A stretch of 64,000 bases of DNA, from the NCBI RefSeq assembly GCF_020085105.1, contig NC_058054.1, positions 6,931,595 to 6,995,594 on the forward strand. Direction: 5' to 3'. Below, one piece after another: positions 1-11,700 of the stretch (position 1 is its first letter; every line of letters starts with the position of its first letter). A program made the translations under genes and the position numbers. This stretch comes from Siniperca chuatsi (Eukaryota). The notes below the pieces were generated by a model that saw only the letters and a list, made by a program, of their open reading frames with translations, was not told the origin of the DNA and did no database searches.

Positions 1-216
1 TGTTTTATGTGAAGCACATTACAATACAAATGTGGAATCAAATCTATTAGTGATAGTACCGTTTAACCTGCTGAGGTGACCAGGACAACAGAAGTACGTG
101 TATCTGATATGATTTTGTTCCTTCTACGTGGGAACAGGGCACAGGGAAGTGCTGTATTGTATTGTTTTTCATCCCTTTAGATAATAGTATTATTTTAATT
201 ATATTGTTTCCCATAC

Positions 217-360
217 CAGTGAATATAGCAGAGCACCCAGACATCCATAGGCGACATCAGTGATGTAGGAGTAGTAGAAGGTGCAGAAGAACCCAAACAT
301 GATTATGTCCACAGCCAGAATCAGCAGAACACCGTAACAAATAGTGAAATCATAACGAGT
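217..360 (-). CDS. grina: GRINA/TMBIM3-like internal coding exon (TM5-6 region); more 3' exons lie beyond window start
   Basis: minus-strand acceptor tgttttgcag| at 361-370, donor CTG|gtatgg at 211-216; aa TRYDFTICYGVLLILAVDIIMFGFFCTFYYSYITDVAYGCLGALLYSL matches GRINA TRYDFTSCMGVLLV...ASLGALLF. Confidence 0.65.
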
Positions 361-670
361 CTGCAAAACACACAGAAAGACATTAGTACATTAATACATT
401 TCATTAATACATTCTTTGTCCATATATTCCTCAATACAGCTGCTTTTAAGTACAATTAAACTTTATTCAAATCAGTGTAAGTTCTTTACAATAAAGGAAA
501 CAAATATCACATACAATACATGACATATATTGATCAATATACATTAACATGCATTAATAAAATTGAATTAAAATACGTGTTACATTTTTTATATACCGAA
601 CAATTGCACAGCCCACCTACACACTGGGCCAATATACACTTTAGCATCTGAATATTTTATCAGAATCAGA

Positions 671-1145
671 AATACTTTATTGATCCCGAGGGGAAACTCT
701 TTCGTTACAGCTGCTCACTGTCAATGTGCACCTGAGAATAGATGTACTAAGCAAATCAAAATATAATACACTACAATACAGGTAAGATAAATTAAGTACA
801 AGTGGATATAAAGTATAAAAGCTAAAATAAGTGTAAGTACCAAAGTGGATTTACAGGTTGATATGTACGGTATAATACAATGTAATAATATAAGTAATAA
901 GTAATAGTGCAATAATGAGTACTGTCAAGTTAAGTGTAGCTTATTAAGATGATTAGGAGACGGTGGATATTGCACAGCAGTAATAGAAGTATGAATAAAT
1001 ATCAATAAATAGGGAATTTTAAACTGAAAACAGAATATATTGCACAGCAGTATTAAACAGAGAATATTGCACAATATTTCAAGTATTGCAGAGATGTTAA
1101 TGATCAATGTCCAGTTTAGTGACTTAGGGTCATACAGACTAACAC
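671..1145 (+). repeat. interspersed repeat family A, copy 1 (about 480 bp, about 90 percent identical to 44141-44605)
   Basis: long near-identical direct match to 44141..44605 (ttattgatcccgaggggaaactctttcgttacagc...agtattgcacagcagtattaaacagagaatattgcacaat...gtcatacaga). Confidence 0.8.
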
Positions 1146-1759
1146 TTAGAGGGAGGAGTTAAAGAGTTTGATGGCCACAGGCAGGAATGACTTCCTGTGT
1201 CGCATTTTGGGGGATGAGTCTTTCGCTGAAGGTACTCCTTTGTTTTACCATATGTATTACACATATTTATAATTTTTTTATCTTTGGATTTTTATCATTT
1301 ATTACCTTTTCTAATTCTTATTTTTACTCTTATTCTAACTATTATTCTGTATGGCACACAAGCCTTTTAGCACAGCCTCAAAAGGTATGCCACCCTGCAT
1401 CTTACTGCACAAAATGAGCATGTGACAAATAAAACCTTTGAATCTTGTAATAATAAAATATGGATTCCTAACCCTGTATCTAACAGGGTTTGCACATAAC
1501 TACTTAAATTCAACACATTTTTAATAAGACCTAGAAAGTAAAAGGGATGTACTGTAGCTGTTGTCTTGTTTAGTCCAAAGTCCCTGTCTGTTGTTTGTAC
1601 AGTGGATACAGCTGATAAGAACAGCTGTAATATAGAACACATTTAGATATATTCCATTAATCTGATTATATATTTTCTCCATTCATCGATTTTATTTGTT
1701 GTGTCCTCTGTCTCCCAGAGCTCAAGGCAACTTCTTTAAATGTCGTGAGTCTAAAACCG

Positions 1760-1990
1760 AAAATATATTAAAGGTAAAAAGTAACAAATCTTTGAATTGA
1801 AACAAGATTTTGACATTTTGTTCTTTAAAAAATGATGAATCAGTTATCAAAACAGTTGCTGATTAAATTTCTGTCAAGCAACTTATAAATTAATCGACTA
1901 ATCGTTTCAGCTCTGCATTCACATTCTGCCGCCTTCTGATACTATTTTCCAGTGCAACTTGTATCGTCCTAAACTCAAATATGGATTTCC
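1760..1990 (+). repeat. MITE-like repeat family B (motif ...cagctctgc / ggctgcaactaacgattattttcatta...) partial copy
   Basis: shares about 60-100 nt blocks with copies at 10090-10400(-), 11490-11700, 21690-21960, 30290-30700, 47080-47290. Confidence 0.45.
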
Positions 1991-2119
1991 TTTACGAGAA
2001 ACAGTTGAGAGCTGTAACTTCAAAACTGATACATAAGCATATCGCTTTGATTAAAATAAACACAGAAATAAAAACAGCATTTTGAAATGCAGCTCTTTGG
2101 CTCAGCCTGGTTGTCTGAC

Positions 2120-2248
2120 CTGTGCAGAGAAAGCGATGATTGCGACAGAAATGGCCAGCGTTGCTCCCATAGTGATGACAACAGCAGTGGTGTTGTGGAA
2201 GGATGCAACGGTTCCCACCATGTAGGACAAGCTCAGGGTGACCACAAC
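2120..2248 (-). CDS. grina: GRINA/TMBIM3-like coding exon
   Basis: anchored on ORF 2102..2314(-); acceptor cccacag|, donor CAG|gtcaga; aa VVVTLSLSYMVGTVASFHNTTAVVITMGATLAISVAIIAFSAQ (TMBIM signature SLSYMVG...FSxQ). Confidence 0.75.
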
Positions 2249-2696
2249 CTGTGGGCACAAAATATCATCTGAGAAAGCTCTTTTTTTCATAGTTTGCTTG
2301 ATGGATAGCTTCACAAGTTTAACTACTTCAAACAGAGACTATTATTATGTTTTTAAATAATTATAGTCTTTTATAGATCTTGTAGAAAAAGACGTTAAGT
2401 GTAGACATGTTTTTTTTTTCTACCAGAAACCCTAGTGTGTGTGCACTCCTAACCCTGGCAGTGGTTGTGCTCTGCATAGTGTACCTAACAATCACAATAC
2501 AGGAAGTGCCTGTCCTAATTTAACATACCAACAAAACCTCAACTGCTCACAGGGAATCGGTGAGCATGTGTACTCAACTTAGAGACTAGAACTAGAGGAA
2601 ACTGAGGTTTTCATTTGGAAACAAAAAAAAATGTCTAAGAGAGGTCTAAATATTTAGGAAAGCCAAGCAGAAAAGTGCCTTCTTATTGAGCAACAT

Positions 2697-2701
<5 letters not shown>

Positions 2702-2736
<35 letters not shown>
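2702..2736. repeat. (TA)n microsatellite
   Basis: about 17 TA units. Confidence 0.95.
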
Positions 2737-2740
<4 letters not shown>

Positions 2741-2873
2741 TTTAAACTACAAAGCTATTAAATGTTTTGTTGTATATTTTTTACTATAGTCATCTGTGAC
2801 AGTATCTATATTGTGTAAAATGAATTTCCACATTAGATATTTGGGGTTTTATTCGCCCGTATTTGTAACCCAC

Positions 2874-3074
2874 CAGTCCCACGATGTTCCAGGGGTGACG
2901 CCGACTGAAGGACTTGCAGCAGTTGAGGGCGGTGGCAACCACGAAGAAAATGATGAAGGAGCTGAGGTAGGCCCACAGGTTGGCCTGCACCGCCTCTTTG
3001 ACCACACTGGAGAAGGTGAACACGCACACCACACTGAAGGTGAACAGCAGCTGGAGAGTCAGGATGCTGAACAC
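2874..3074 (-). CDS. grina: GRINA/TMBIM3-like coding exon (TM1-2, ...RRHPWNIVGL)
   Basis: anchored on ORF 2790..3074(-); acceptor tgtgtag|GTG, donor CTG|gtgggt; aa VFSILTLQLLFTFSVVCVFTF...CCKSFSRRHPWNIVGL. Confidence 0.75.
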
Positions 3075-3180
3075 CTACACACGGAAAGATTAAGAACAGC
3101 ACTTATAAAAATGAAGAGCTTCATTACTAAATATTCTGCACTGTAAAAGCTTATCTTAGAGTCACAGATATTGTACAAAC

Positions 3181-3471
3181 CTTTTTAACAAACCCTCTTC
3201 TCACTGTCTTGTCATCAAAAGAAGATGAGGCTATAAGTGGAGTTGTGTCCTCCGGGGCCTCCGGGCATATGTCGCGGAAAGACTCGTACCCACTGGTAGG
3301 CTGACAGGTGTAAGTTGTGTCGACTTTGGGTGGAGGGTACGTTGCCGGGGTAGCAGAGTAGGGTGGAGGTTGCTGCCCTTGGTAGGAGTACGATGGTGCT
3401 GGTGAGGACACATCATAACCAGGAGCGTCCTGTGTCTCTTTGGATGTGAGGGAGTCAGCTGTGCCTGACAT
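3181..3471 (-). CDS. grina: GRINA/TMBIM3-like first coding exon (ATG at 3471..3469; Pro/Tyr/Gln-rich N-terminus)
   Basis: anchored on ORF 3151..3504(-); acceptor cctccag|A immediately 5' of ATG; donor AAG|gtttgt; aa MSGTADSLTSKETQDAPGYDVSSPAPSYSYQGQQPPPYSATPATYPPPK...SSFDDKTVRRGFVKK. Confidence 0.7.
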
Positions 3472-4278
3472 TCTGGAGGAAACTGGGCCAAAGACAAAGT
3501 TCACTCAAATAAAAAGATGCAACTTATGCAAAAGCCAACACGGGTGCGACAGGGTGCATTCTGTTCAGCTGAAGCGTGTGAAGAAGTTCTTATTTTACAT
3601 AATTAAATATACTGTCTGATTTACTCATTCATTGATTTACCAGCAGGGTCAGTTGTCCATTTCAGCCAGTGTTGCTGATACAGTATTAAGTTGAATATTG
3701 TCAACAAGGTGTAAGCCTGAGTGCAGGTGCAACTGGACCATGTTGTATATCTCTTCAGTCATCAGTTGTCAATGACTGATGAGAGAAGAATGTGGAGGGA
3801 GATAAAAACAGCAGAAATTACAATCTCTGTTGTTGGTTTAATATAGTGAAACAGATCAGGATTTTTTAAATACAACCAGACCTGCTACTGACTTGTTGCC
3901 CAAGAATGGAGTAAACTTTAGGAAGTAAAACTTGAACTGTGGGGCCTCTTCTCTTACAGTCAGTAAACATTGTGGGAAACCAGTGTCATTTATTTAAAAA
4001 AAAAAAAAACAACCTATGAGGTCTTGGATTCATGTGTTCTCCAACAGTCCTGATAACCCATAAAAATCTGTATATTTTATCCAAGGTTGAAAACACTGCA
4101 GCAAGTTATAATAACAAGACAACTGGCCCTTTTGCCTGCTCCCCTGTGAACTGTGTTCCCTCTTTGGACTCACTCCCCTGCTTTCACCTCTGCTAGCCGG
4201 TAACTTATCTGCGTTTTGTCTGCCTGTACTTGCCTGCATACCACCCCACAATAAACATGGAAGTTCCGGCTACTTTAC

Positions 4279-4330
4279 CTTGAGACTGCTTCCTCGTCAT
4301 CTGCTTTTGGGTCCACATACCTCTATATAG
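4279..4330 (-). promoter_or_regulatory. putative TATA box (CTATATAGAG on minus strand) plus short non-coding exon 1 with donor CAAG|gtaaag, candidate promoter of the GRINA-like gene
   Basis: minus strand reads gtgctatatagaggtatgtggacccaaaagcagatgacgaggaagcagtctcaag|gtaaagtag; spacing TATA to donor about 45 nt; downstream acceptor at 3472 needs an upstream donor. Confidence 0.25.
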
Positions 4331-7300
4331 CACCCCTGTTACGACAACAACAGGCGTTTTTTCACAGCAGACATTTTGACTTGTCATAGTAGGAAAATCA
4401 CAGGTGTTACTATTAACCCTGAAACTGAAGCAGCTAAATGGAATTCAGCCATCATTAACTTTATTTACATCTGTGCTTTTACATTTACATTGTGCACCTA
4501 CGTGTCAAAATGTCTTCTGTGGAAAATGTTCTATAAACGTAGTAGTAGAAATACATTCAATTACGATATGTTTAAGATATAATCAATATCAAAAATAAAT
4601 AGTATGTCTTTGGGGGGTGTTTTGTATGAAGAGATTTTACAGTATATGTATATTTTAAACTTCAGTGAAGTTGTGTAGACCTACTTAGTTTTACCTACAC
4701 GCATTTGAATGGACTGGTATTTGTTTTTGAGCATTAAACATTTAAGTACATGTTCAGGGCGGTAGGGTTCCACAGGGAATAGAGACATATTTCTTCTTCC
4801 CCTGATAAATTAACTAAAATTAATACAAATAAAATGAGTTTAAAAGAGTCGTTGTTGCAGTTATACTTCCTGCACCTACTTCCTTTTTAAATTCATATAG
4901 CTTCAAGAGTCACTTCACCCAAATCACACAAGAAATCTGATGTACCCAAGTGTTTTGGGGGGGTTTGACAGGTGTTTTGAGGTGTCTATCACTGAGACTT
5001 CTGCTGCCAGAGATCTCAAAACCTCAGCAGATGAAACCAAAACTACAGTATCTGCATAAATAAATAATAATTGATAAATGGCAAAATATATATTTTTGTC
5101 TATTGAGTGAAAATACCCTTTAAATCATTATTAACCAAATAATGTTTGGTGTCTTGTTGAAAATACCAGTAAATACTTCAAAAATGCAGCAGAGTAAACA
5201 GTAAATTATTTGCTTTTACTGTACAGAATAAGTTACGCTCTGTAAAAGAGAACAAAGCGAGTGTTCTGCTTACCTTTTCTGCTGGGTTGTAGTTGTGTCT
5301 GAGACAATAGTCCAATAGTCCAACACCACACAGTGCTGTGTGAAGAAGACTCCTTGGTGATGGGTGTCGTTTTTTCTACCAACCTGTGGTGTAGAGTTTC
5401 ACTTCCTGACAGCATGAAGTGAAGAAAAAAAAAATCTGTCTGTAAAGACCCACTGTGCGGAAATTGAAAAACCCCACTGTTTCTGCACTGCTTCACAATA
5501 AGTCAGAGGTCATCAAAGTGGAGTCTGGGGACTTCCAGGGGCCCCTGTGTCAGTTCAACAACATTTCACTGTTCACTCTGTGGTTATCCCTTTTTGCCAG
5601 CTCAGTAAAGAAAATCATCAGATGGGACAATTTAGGACACATTATTATCTAACTTGTGTCTGGGAATACTTGACCTGAAAATGTTTAAGAACCATTGCTG
5701 TCAGCTGTTGCCAGGCAGAGATTGTAATTGCAGTAATAAGTGTGTAGCCTGTTTCCAGACCTCTGAATCATTGCCCTCGTCTCAGTTGTTTGTCATAAAT
5801 TCAAACTGAAATTGAAACTAAATGGGAATTCAGTCTGATTACAGTATTGTTTGTGCCAACACTACATGGTGTATTTCAATCAGATCGGTCATTTAAGAGT
5901 AGGGCTTGTACTTGTAGCATGGAGGTAGCACTCACTACTATACTACATATACTAAAAGTTCATTCTTGATTTTGGAAACAGTTGACAAGAAAAACAAAAT
6001 CTCACCACAAGGTTGACTCAGTAGCTCTATCAACAGCTCTACTGGAGCTTTAAATGTGTCACATAATCTTAATCAGCAGAGGGAGTTTGCCCAGTTGTCA
6101 TGAAATAGTAGATGTTCGAAATGTAATTTTTTCTTGTCCGTGTTGGCTTAACATTTTAATAGAACATTCATTTTCAATGGTAGGGAACAAGGCAGAGGAA
6201 GATCATGTGATACCATTGAAAGCACATATTGCTAATTAAAAAGAAATAATTCTGAGCACAACTAAGTTTATTTTCAAAAATGTATTTAAATGTAACTAAT
6301 GTATTGTGTCCATGCTGATATCAACGTCGATGTGCATTCAAGGGAGAATAAATAAAGAATAAAACTGGCATAATGGCATAATATAGAATTTAGAGCTGAC
6401 TGACTGAAAATTAATGTAAAACTATTTTTATAATCGATTGTTTCAACCACGTCAGTCACTGCCAAACTAGATTCAGCTTCTCAAGGATTTCTTTATTTCT
6501 TTTCTTCATATACCACCGTAAACTGAATATCTTTAGGTTTTGGACTGTTAGACAAACAGTCCATGTTGACCTCTGGGAAATTATAATGTGATTTGTTTTG
6601 TTTTGTTTTCTGACATTTTATAAACAAAACTATTTTCAAATTAATCAACAATGAAAATCATCATTAGTTGTAGCACTAACAGAATTAAAGCTCACATTTG
6701 CAAAATTGTAACTATCTTTACAGTTAATTTTAAAATACTTAAGTATTAATAGTTAAAAGGGAGGAAAGAAGCATTAACTTAACCTTTTAGCATGTTCTTT
6801 TAAAGTAGTTAGTTTAAAAGATTTGTGCCATCATGTAGTGATGTTAAGTGTAAATTAAATTCTCTTATTAAAATAAAACTCAAAACAACCACAAACGCAT
6901 CACTGACACTTAAAAACACAAAACTGACAGACATTCACAAAACATCTCTCACACATATTTATTGTAAAAAATACATATAAAAACAATTTCTGAGACATAC
7001 AAAAGATTGGAGCTTAGAAACAGTATACTGAACAGACAAAGACCAAGCCATTTTCTTGAATTTCATTACATATTTACAATTTAATAAATAAAATTCAATT
7101 TGTTTTTTTACCAGAGTAAAAGGCAGATTGTCCATATCTTGGGGATGCAGATACCGCTGTGGTGACTCTTTGAAAAACATTTTCATCTAATACATCTGCC
7201 TCAAAGCACAGGGCAGACAGGGGATCAGTGCCCTGCGATTCAAAACTGAGGATTTAGGGACATTTCTACAAAATACCACCCTTGGTTGGAGAGGAGCTAG

Positions 7301-7456
7301 TTTACACAGAGTGTATTAACATTGGTTAGCATTGGTAAAAATTGAGGTATTGCACCACACAGCTTAGAGGGGGGCAGAAAGAAAATGAGAGTAATGTGGG
7401 GTTTTTAGATTGTCTATTATCTTTATCGACAACCCAACCACCACCAAACCCCCCCA

Positions 7457-7479
7457 AACACACACACACACACACACAC
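7457..7479. repeat. (CA)n microsatellite
   Basis: about 11 CA units. Confidence 0.9.
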
Positions 7480-7730
7480 CCACCCCTCCCAGCCAAAGTA
7501 TACAACATCATAACTTATCACCACAACAAATGTAACACCTAATGATCAATGCACCTCGTCTTCCGCACTCTTTCACACAATGCCCCCAATGCACAAACAG
7601 ACTTTTGGCATTATCTTTCTATTCCCCAATACAAAAAATGAGAAACATGCACTGAGCTGCTCTCTAGTGGCGGAACAACTCGTAGCACCTCAGACTGCAG
7701 AATAACAGGGACCAGAAAAGAGAGGGGGTG

Positions 7731-7761
<31 letters not shown>
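7731..7761. repeat. poly(A) tract, about 31 nt
   Basis: homopolymer. Confidence 0.9.
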
Positions 7762-7765
<4 letters not shown>

Positions 7766-8146
7766 CTGGGGTGAACAAACTAGCCAGTAGGAAACCTGTG
7801 CACCGGGCTGACCTCTAAACTGATCCATACCTAGCATAGAGATTAAAACACATGGAACAGACTCGCCTTTTGAGCAGGCAGCAAAAGCAAATCAATTCAT
7901 GTTTTTGTTCTTTCCCACTTTACCCTGGCCTGTGTACAACCTGTATCAGACAGCATCTGCTGAGCAGCCTTACTGTTGGGCTTCCACCTCAGTTCAGCCT
8001 TAAAAACACCACAAATACCTGCTTGCACAACAACCCCTTCACCAGGCAAAGGCAATCAACACACACACAAAAAGGCAAAGGAAAGCCATTTAACACATTT
8101 AGCAATAATCATGATCATAATGTGATGATATAATATATAAAATCCT

Positions 8147-8169
8147 AAAAAAAAAAAAAAAAAAAAAAA
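8147..8169. repeat. poly(A) tract, about 23 nt, followed by G-rich gggtggggtggggg
   Basis: homopolymer. Confidence 0.9.
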
Positions 8170-8651
8170 GGAAAGGGGTGGGGTGGGGGCTAGTTATGTA
8201 ATAATTAACCATCAGCTATACATAGCCTCCAGTGTTGGAAAGAGAGGCAGATGCCACATGGTGTAAACATGCCGTCCCTTTACCCCTCCTCGATCTGGCA
8301 TGTAACCAGATGGCAAAACTGTCGCTTGGGGTCTGGTAAAAAAATCCGGACTACACCCCAGAGAGTGTTTGAGAATGAAGAGGGAGGAGGGGGGCAGTGG
8401 GAAAAAAAAAAATCCCAAACCGCATTCAAAGTACAACGGGACCACATGAGCCGCCATGTTGCGTACCAATGCCACATGTAAGAGGATGTTTGCCAGCTAG
8501 CATGCTTTGCTAGCATTAAAAATGAAAAGGGTAACCCGCTTGACCAAGCAGACTTCTGGGCAATTTACAGTAAACACACACACGCACACACAAAGCCACA
8601 CACTTACACACAGTCATGCTCAGGACATTTCCTGTCCCTGGTCATCATCTG

Positions 8652-8652
<1 letters not shown>

Positions 8653-8701
<49 letters not shown>
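8653..8701. repeat. (CA)n microsatellite, about 25 units
   Basis: direct reading. Confidence 0.95.
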
Positions 8702-8704
<3 letters not shown>

Positions 8705-10089
8705 TATGTGACCCAAAAAACAAAAGAGAAAAAAAAAGAAAAAAAAACAGCCTTGAAGGACAAAAGTGCTCGAATTGGTGCGTACACCAGTGCTACTATG
8801 GCCCTATGAAATACCTACAACCCTCCTAAACACTCAGCAAGTAGCAGCACATTAAACTCAGAGCTAACTAACCACCTACAAGAAAACTGACCTACTCAGA
8901 AAAACAATTAGCCCCCAAAATTCCCACTGAAATGTTTACAGGTAATAGAAAAAAGAAAACACCTACTAACGGCAGCCCCCATTCACCAAAAACAAGCCCT
9001 CAACTTCCAGCTTGTTCAAAATAAAGCAATGTTTATGTGGTAACAGTTCACGCTTTCAGTGTGAGGTTGGTTCATTTGGGGTTAGCCGAGGAAAGAAAAC
9101 ATTCATTCAATGTATGACATGGAACAATACTCTTTCTGCAAAATACTTGATAAAAATGACCAATCCCATTAGGAGGGAGAAGAATTACACAGGAGAGGAT
9201 CCAGAGTCACAGTTAAAACAACTTTTCTTTGTTCCTCCCCAAGTTCAAGATCTTTATGAGGAAAGTTCCATCGTTCTGGGATGATAATGTTTATTTGAGA
9301 TTTTTTTTTTGTTCCGCGGATTCAAGCCAAGTCCGTTACATAGAAAGGGAACCTCCTCCACTTCTACTCCAACACGGGTCTCGATCAGATATTAGATGGA
9401 GCGGCTGTTTTTACCGTTGGCTTGAAATGTCCTAGAACAAGTTCAAATAGACTGATCCAAGCGGAGAGCGCCGGGTGTTGCTAAGTGGAGCTTTCTCTTA
9501 GGATCGTCTGTTCTCCAGTCAAAAATAGGTTTGCGTCTGAGAAGGACAGTTGGCTTTTATTTGTTCAATTACCGATTTTATTGGGATTCAGTGTTGTCTC
9601 CTGTAAGGGAGGAAAAAGACAGACTGGCCATTAGACAAAGTACTACGTACTGTAATGACTGTATTGAAATATAGTCTGCAGCAGGGCTGGGCAACATGGT
9701 TGAAATCAATCACATTAATAATATTTTTCAGTATAATATATCATATGTTATGGCAAATGCATGCAAAATCACATAAAATAGATAAACTAATGTTCAATGT
9801 CTGTTCTACTGTTTCACATCAAACAAAACACTTGTAAAACAAAAACTTCAATAATACATTTTTTTACCTTTTAAATTACACTTAAGTGCCTGATATACTC
9901 CAAAACAGACGCAGAAACAGATATTTGTAAAAAGACAACACAATATTATCATCACAATACGATTCCACTGGACACTGATAAACGGTAATATTGAAGTATT
10001 CCCCAATCATAGTCTATAATGATAAATATGCAGTACTGTTCTCATGAATATCCATGTGAGCGTACATGCAACACACTTCAGTCTTTATA

Positions 10090-10400
10090 CCTTTTATCAC
10101 TATGTGCTAAAAAGTGACAAGTTGTCAATACGTGTCTCATAGAGCCACAAACATTCACTGCTTCCAGCTTGTCAAGTGAGGATTTGATTATTTTCTTTGT
10201 CATACATGATGGTAAACCTAATATCTTTGGACTGTTAGTCGGACAAAACATGACATTTGAAGACTTCACCATGGACTGTGGTAAAATATAACAGGCATTT
10301 TTGACTATTTTCTGACATTTATTGGACAAATGATTAATCAATGAATTGAGAAATTAATCGGCAGATTAAGTGATAATTAAAATAATTGTAAGTTGCAGCT
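10090..10400 (-). repeat. MITE-like repeat family B copy (reverse orientation; ends ...gttgcagctctag)
   Basis: reverse complement matches 21690-21960 / 30290-30700 blocks (tgtccaataaatgtcagaaaatagtcaaaaatgcctgttatatttt, gtgaagtcttcaaatgtcatgttttgtccgac). Confidence 0.6.
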
Positions 10401-11182
10401 CTAGTGTCTTAGATTAGGTCATAAGCATCCTTCTTTGGTTTTCACTGTAAACTTTCCTAGGGAAATGTGTAATTCCTGTTGCTATGGATACAGTAACATT
10501 AGACGCCTTAACAACTGCATCTTATGTTTATCAAACACTAATTTTTTAACTGAATCTCGACTCAATCCAGTTTACATCTGAAGGATTTGTTTACATCGGA
10601 TGTACAAGAAATTAGGTTGGGTTTTGACCCTCAATACTTTTTTAAAAAAAATTTTAAACTTTTTTCTTTTATTCATTACCCACCGAAGTGTGTCAAATAC
10701 TGAAAACTGGCATGAAATGTATTGTGTTTTGTACTCTTAACTTTTGAGCAGATAGTTCATGGTTTCAGTGAAAATTGGACCAATTTTAGACCATTTTATT
10801 CAGGAAAAGTTCTTGTACAGGTTCTTGTGAGTTGATGATTAGCTAACTACCTGATCTAATCTGGACACCAATTGTGTGAATGTTTTGTATATGCTGTAGC
10901 TTGCAGATTCCACATTGATCAAATGCATCACCATTATCCTCGTAGCTTGATTACTTTTGGTACGGAAAAGTGGGGCAGCATTGGCCATAATCTACTCCAG
11001 TGACACCTTGGTGGATTCTGGTTTATTATGTCATAGACCCTTATGTATTTCTGCACTATCTCAACAGTAGCATTGTTGTGCCTGATGTTGAAGCTAATTG
11101 CATGTCCTGATCATTTAGTGGGTCTTACACGTACATACCTGAGTCGGGTTGGTCACTGTGCAGAATACATGTGATCCGCGAG

Positions 11183-11240
11183 TCAATCAAAGGGATGTTC
11201 GGGGCAGCAGGGTTTCACCTTGGACCAGGAATCAATGCAG
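11183..11240 (-). CDS. ZNRF1/2-family RING E3 ligase, last coding exon (ends with stop TGA at 11185..11183)
   Basis: minus-strand acceptor ctgtag| at 11241-11246; aa (S)CIDSWSKVKPCCPEHPFD* compared with ZNRF1 SCIDSWFEVNRSCPEHPAD. Confidence 0.65.
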
Positions 11241-11489
11241 CTACAGGGAGAAAGAACAGAGATAGGGGTGGAGACACCAAGACATTACATTTTGATTAAC
11301 TCATGTTAATGTGCCAGAACCTCTATTGTGGGTTTCTGAATGTGGTGTCTCCCACAAGGCTTAATCCTCTTACTGACAGAGTGAAACCAAACTGAATCAC
11401 TGCAGCAGGTTATGAATAAATATAAGAGCTCTCAGGCTTGTTAACTGCAACAGAGCCAGAGATAAGATGCGATAAGTGTGGTGGGCTGG

Positions 11490-11700
11490 TACTTACCAGT
11501 ATTTTTATTTGCCTCAATCACTAATATGGAGCTGAAACCATTAATCTATACTTGAGTAGTCGATTGACAGACACAATAATCATCAACTATTTTAATATCC
11601 CATTAATCGTTTAAGAAATTTTTCAAGCAAAAATGCCATCCATTTACTAGTTGCAGCTTCTTAATTGTGACGATTTGCTGCATTTTCTCTCTCTTATGAG
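11490..11700 (+). repeat. MITE-like repeat family B partial copy in ZNRF-gene 3' region
   Basis: gctgaaaccattaatc...cgattgacag...ttgcagcttcttaattgtgacgatttgctg blocks shared with other family B copies. Confidence 0.45.

Noticed and set aside
721-1107. Minus-strand ORFs 721..912 and 925..1107
   Set aside because: Lie entirely within an AT-rich interspersed repeat that has a second copy at 44.1 kb. Low-complexity Ile/Leu-rich translation. No homology.
2087-2272. Plus-strand ORF 2087..2272 and overlapping minus ORFs 1992..2258 / 2020..2208
   Set aside because: Alternative frames/strand of the genuine GRINA-like exon (2120-2248, minus). Only the TMBIM-matching frame is supported.
2796-3146. Plus-strand ORF 2796..3146 and minus ORFs 2833..3102, 2849..3034
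   Set aside because: Overlap the GRINA-like exon 2874-3074 in wrong frame/strand.
3231-3497. Minus ORF 3231..3497 (Pro/His-rich)
   Set aside because: Alternative frame of the GRINA-like first coding exon. The frame giving ...SSFDDKTVRRGFVKK and continuing into TM1 is the real one.
8507-8809. ORF encoding HTHTHTHT... repeats
   Set aside because: Translation of a (CA)n microsatellite. Not a gene.
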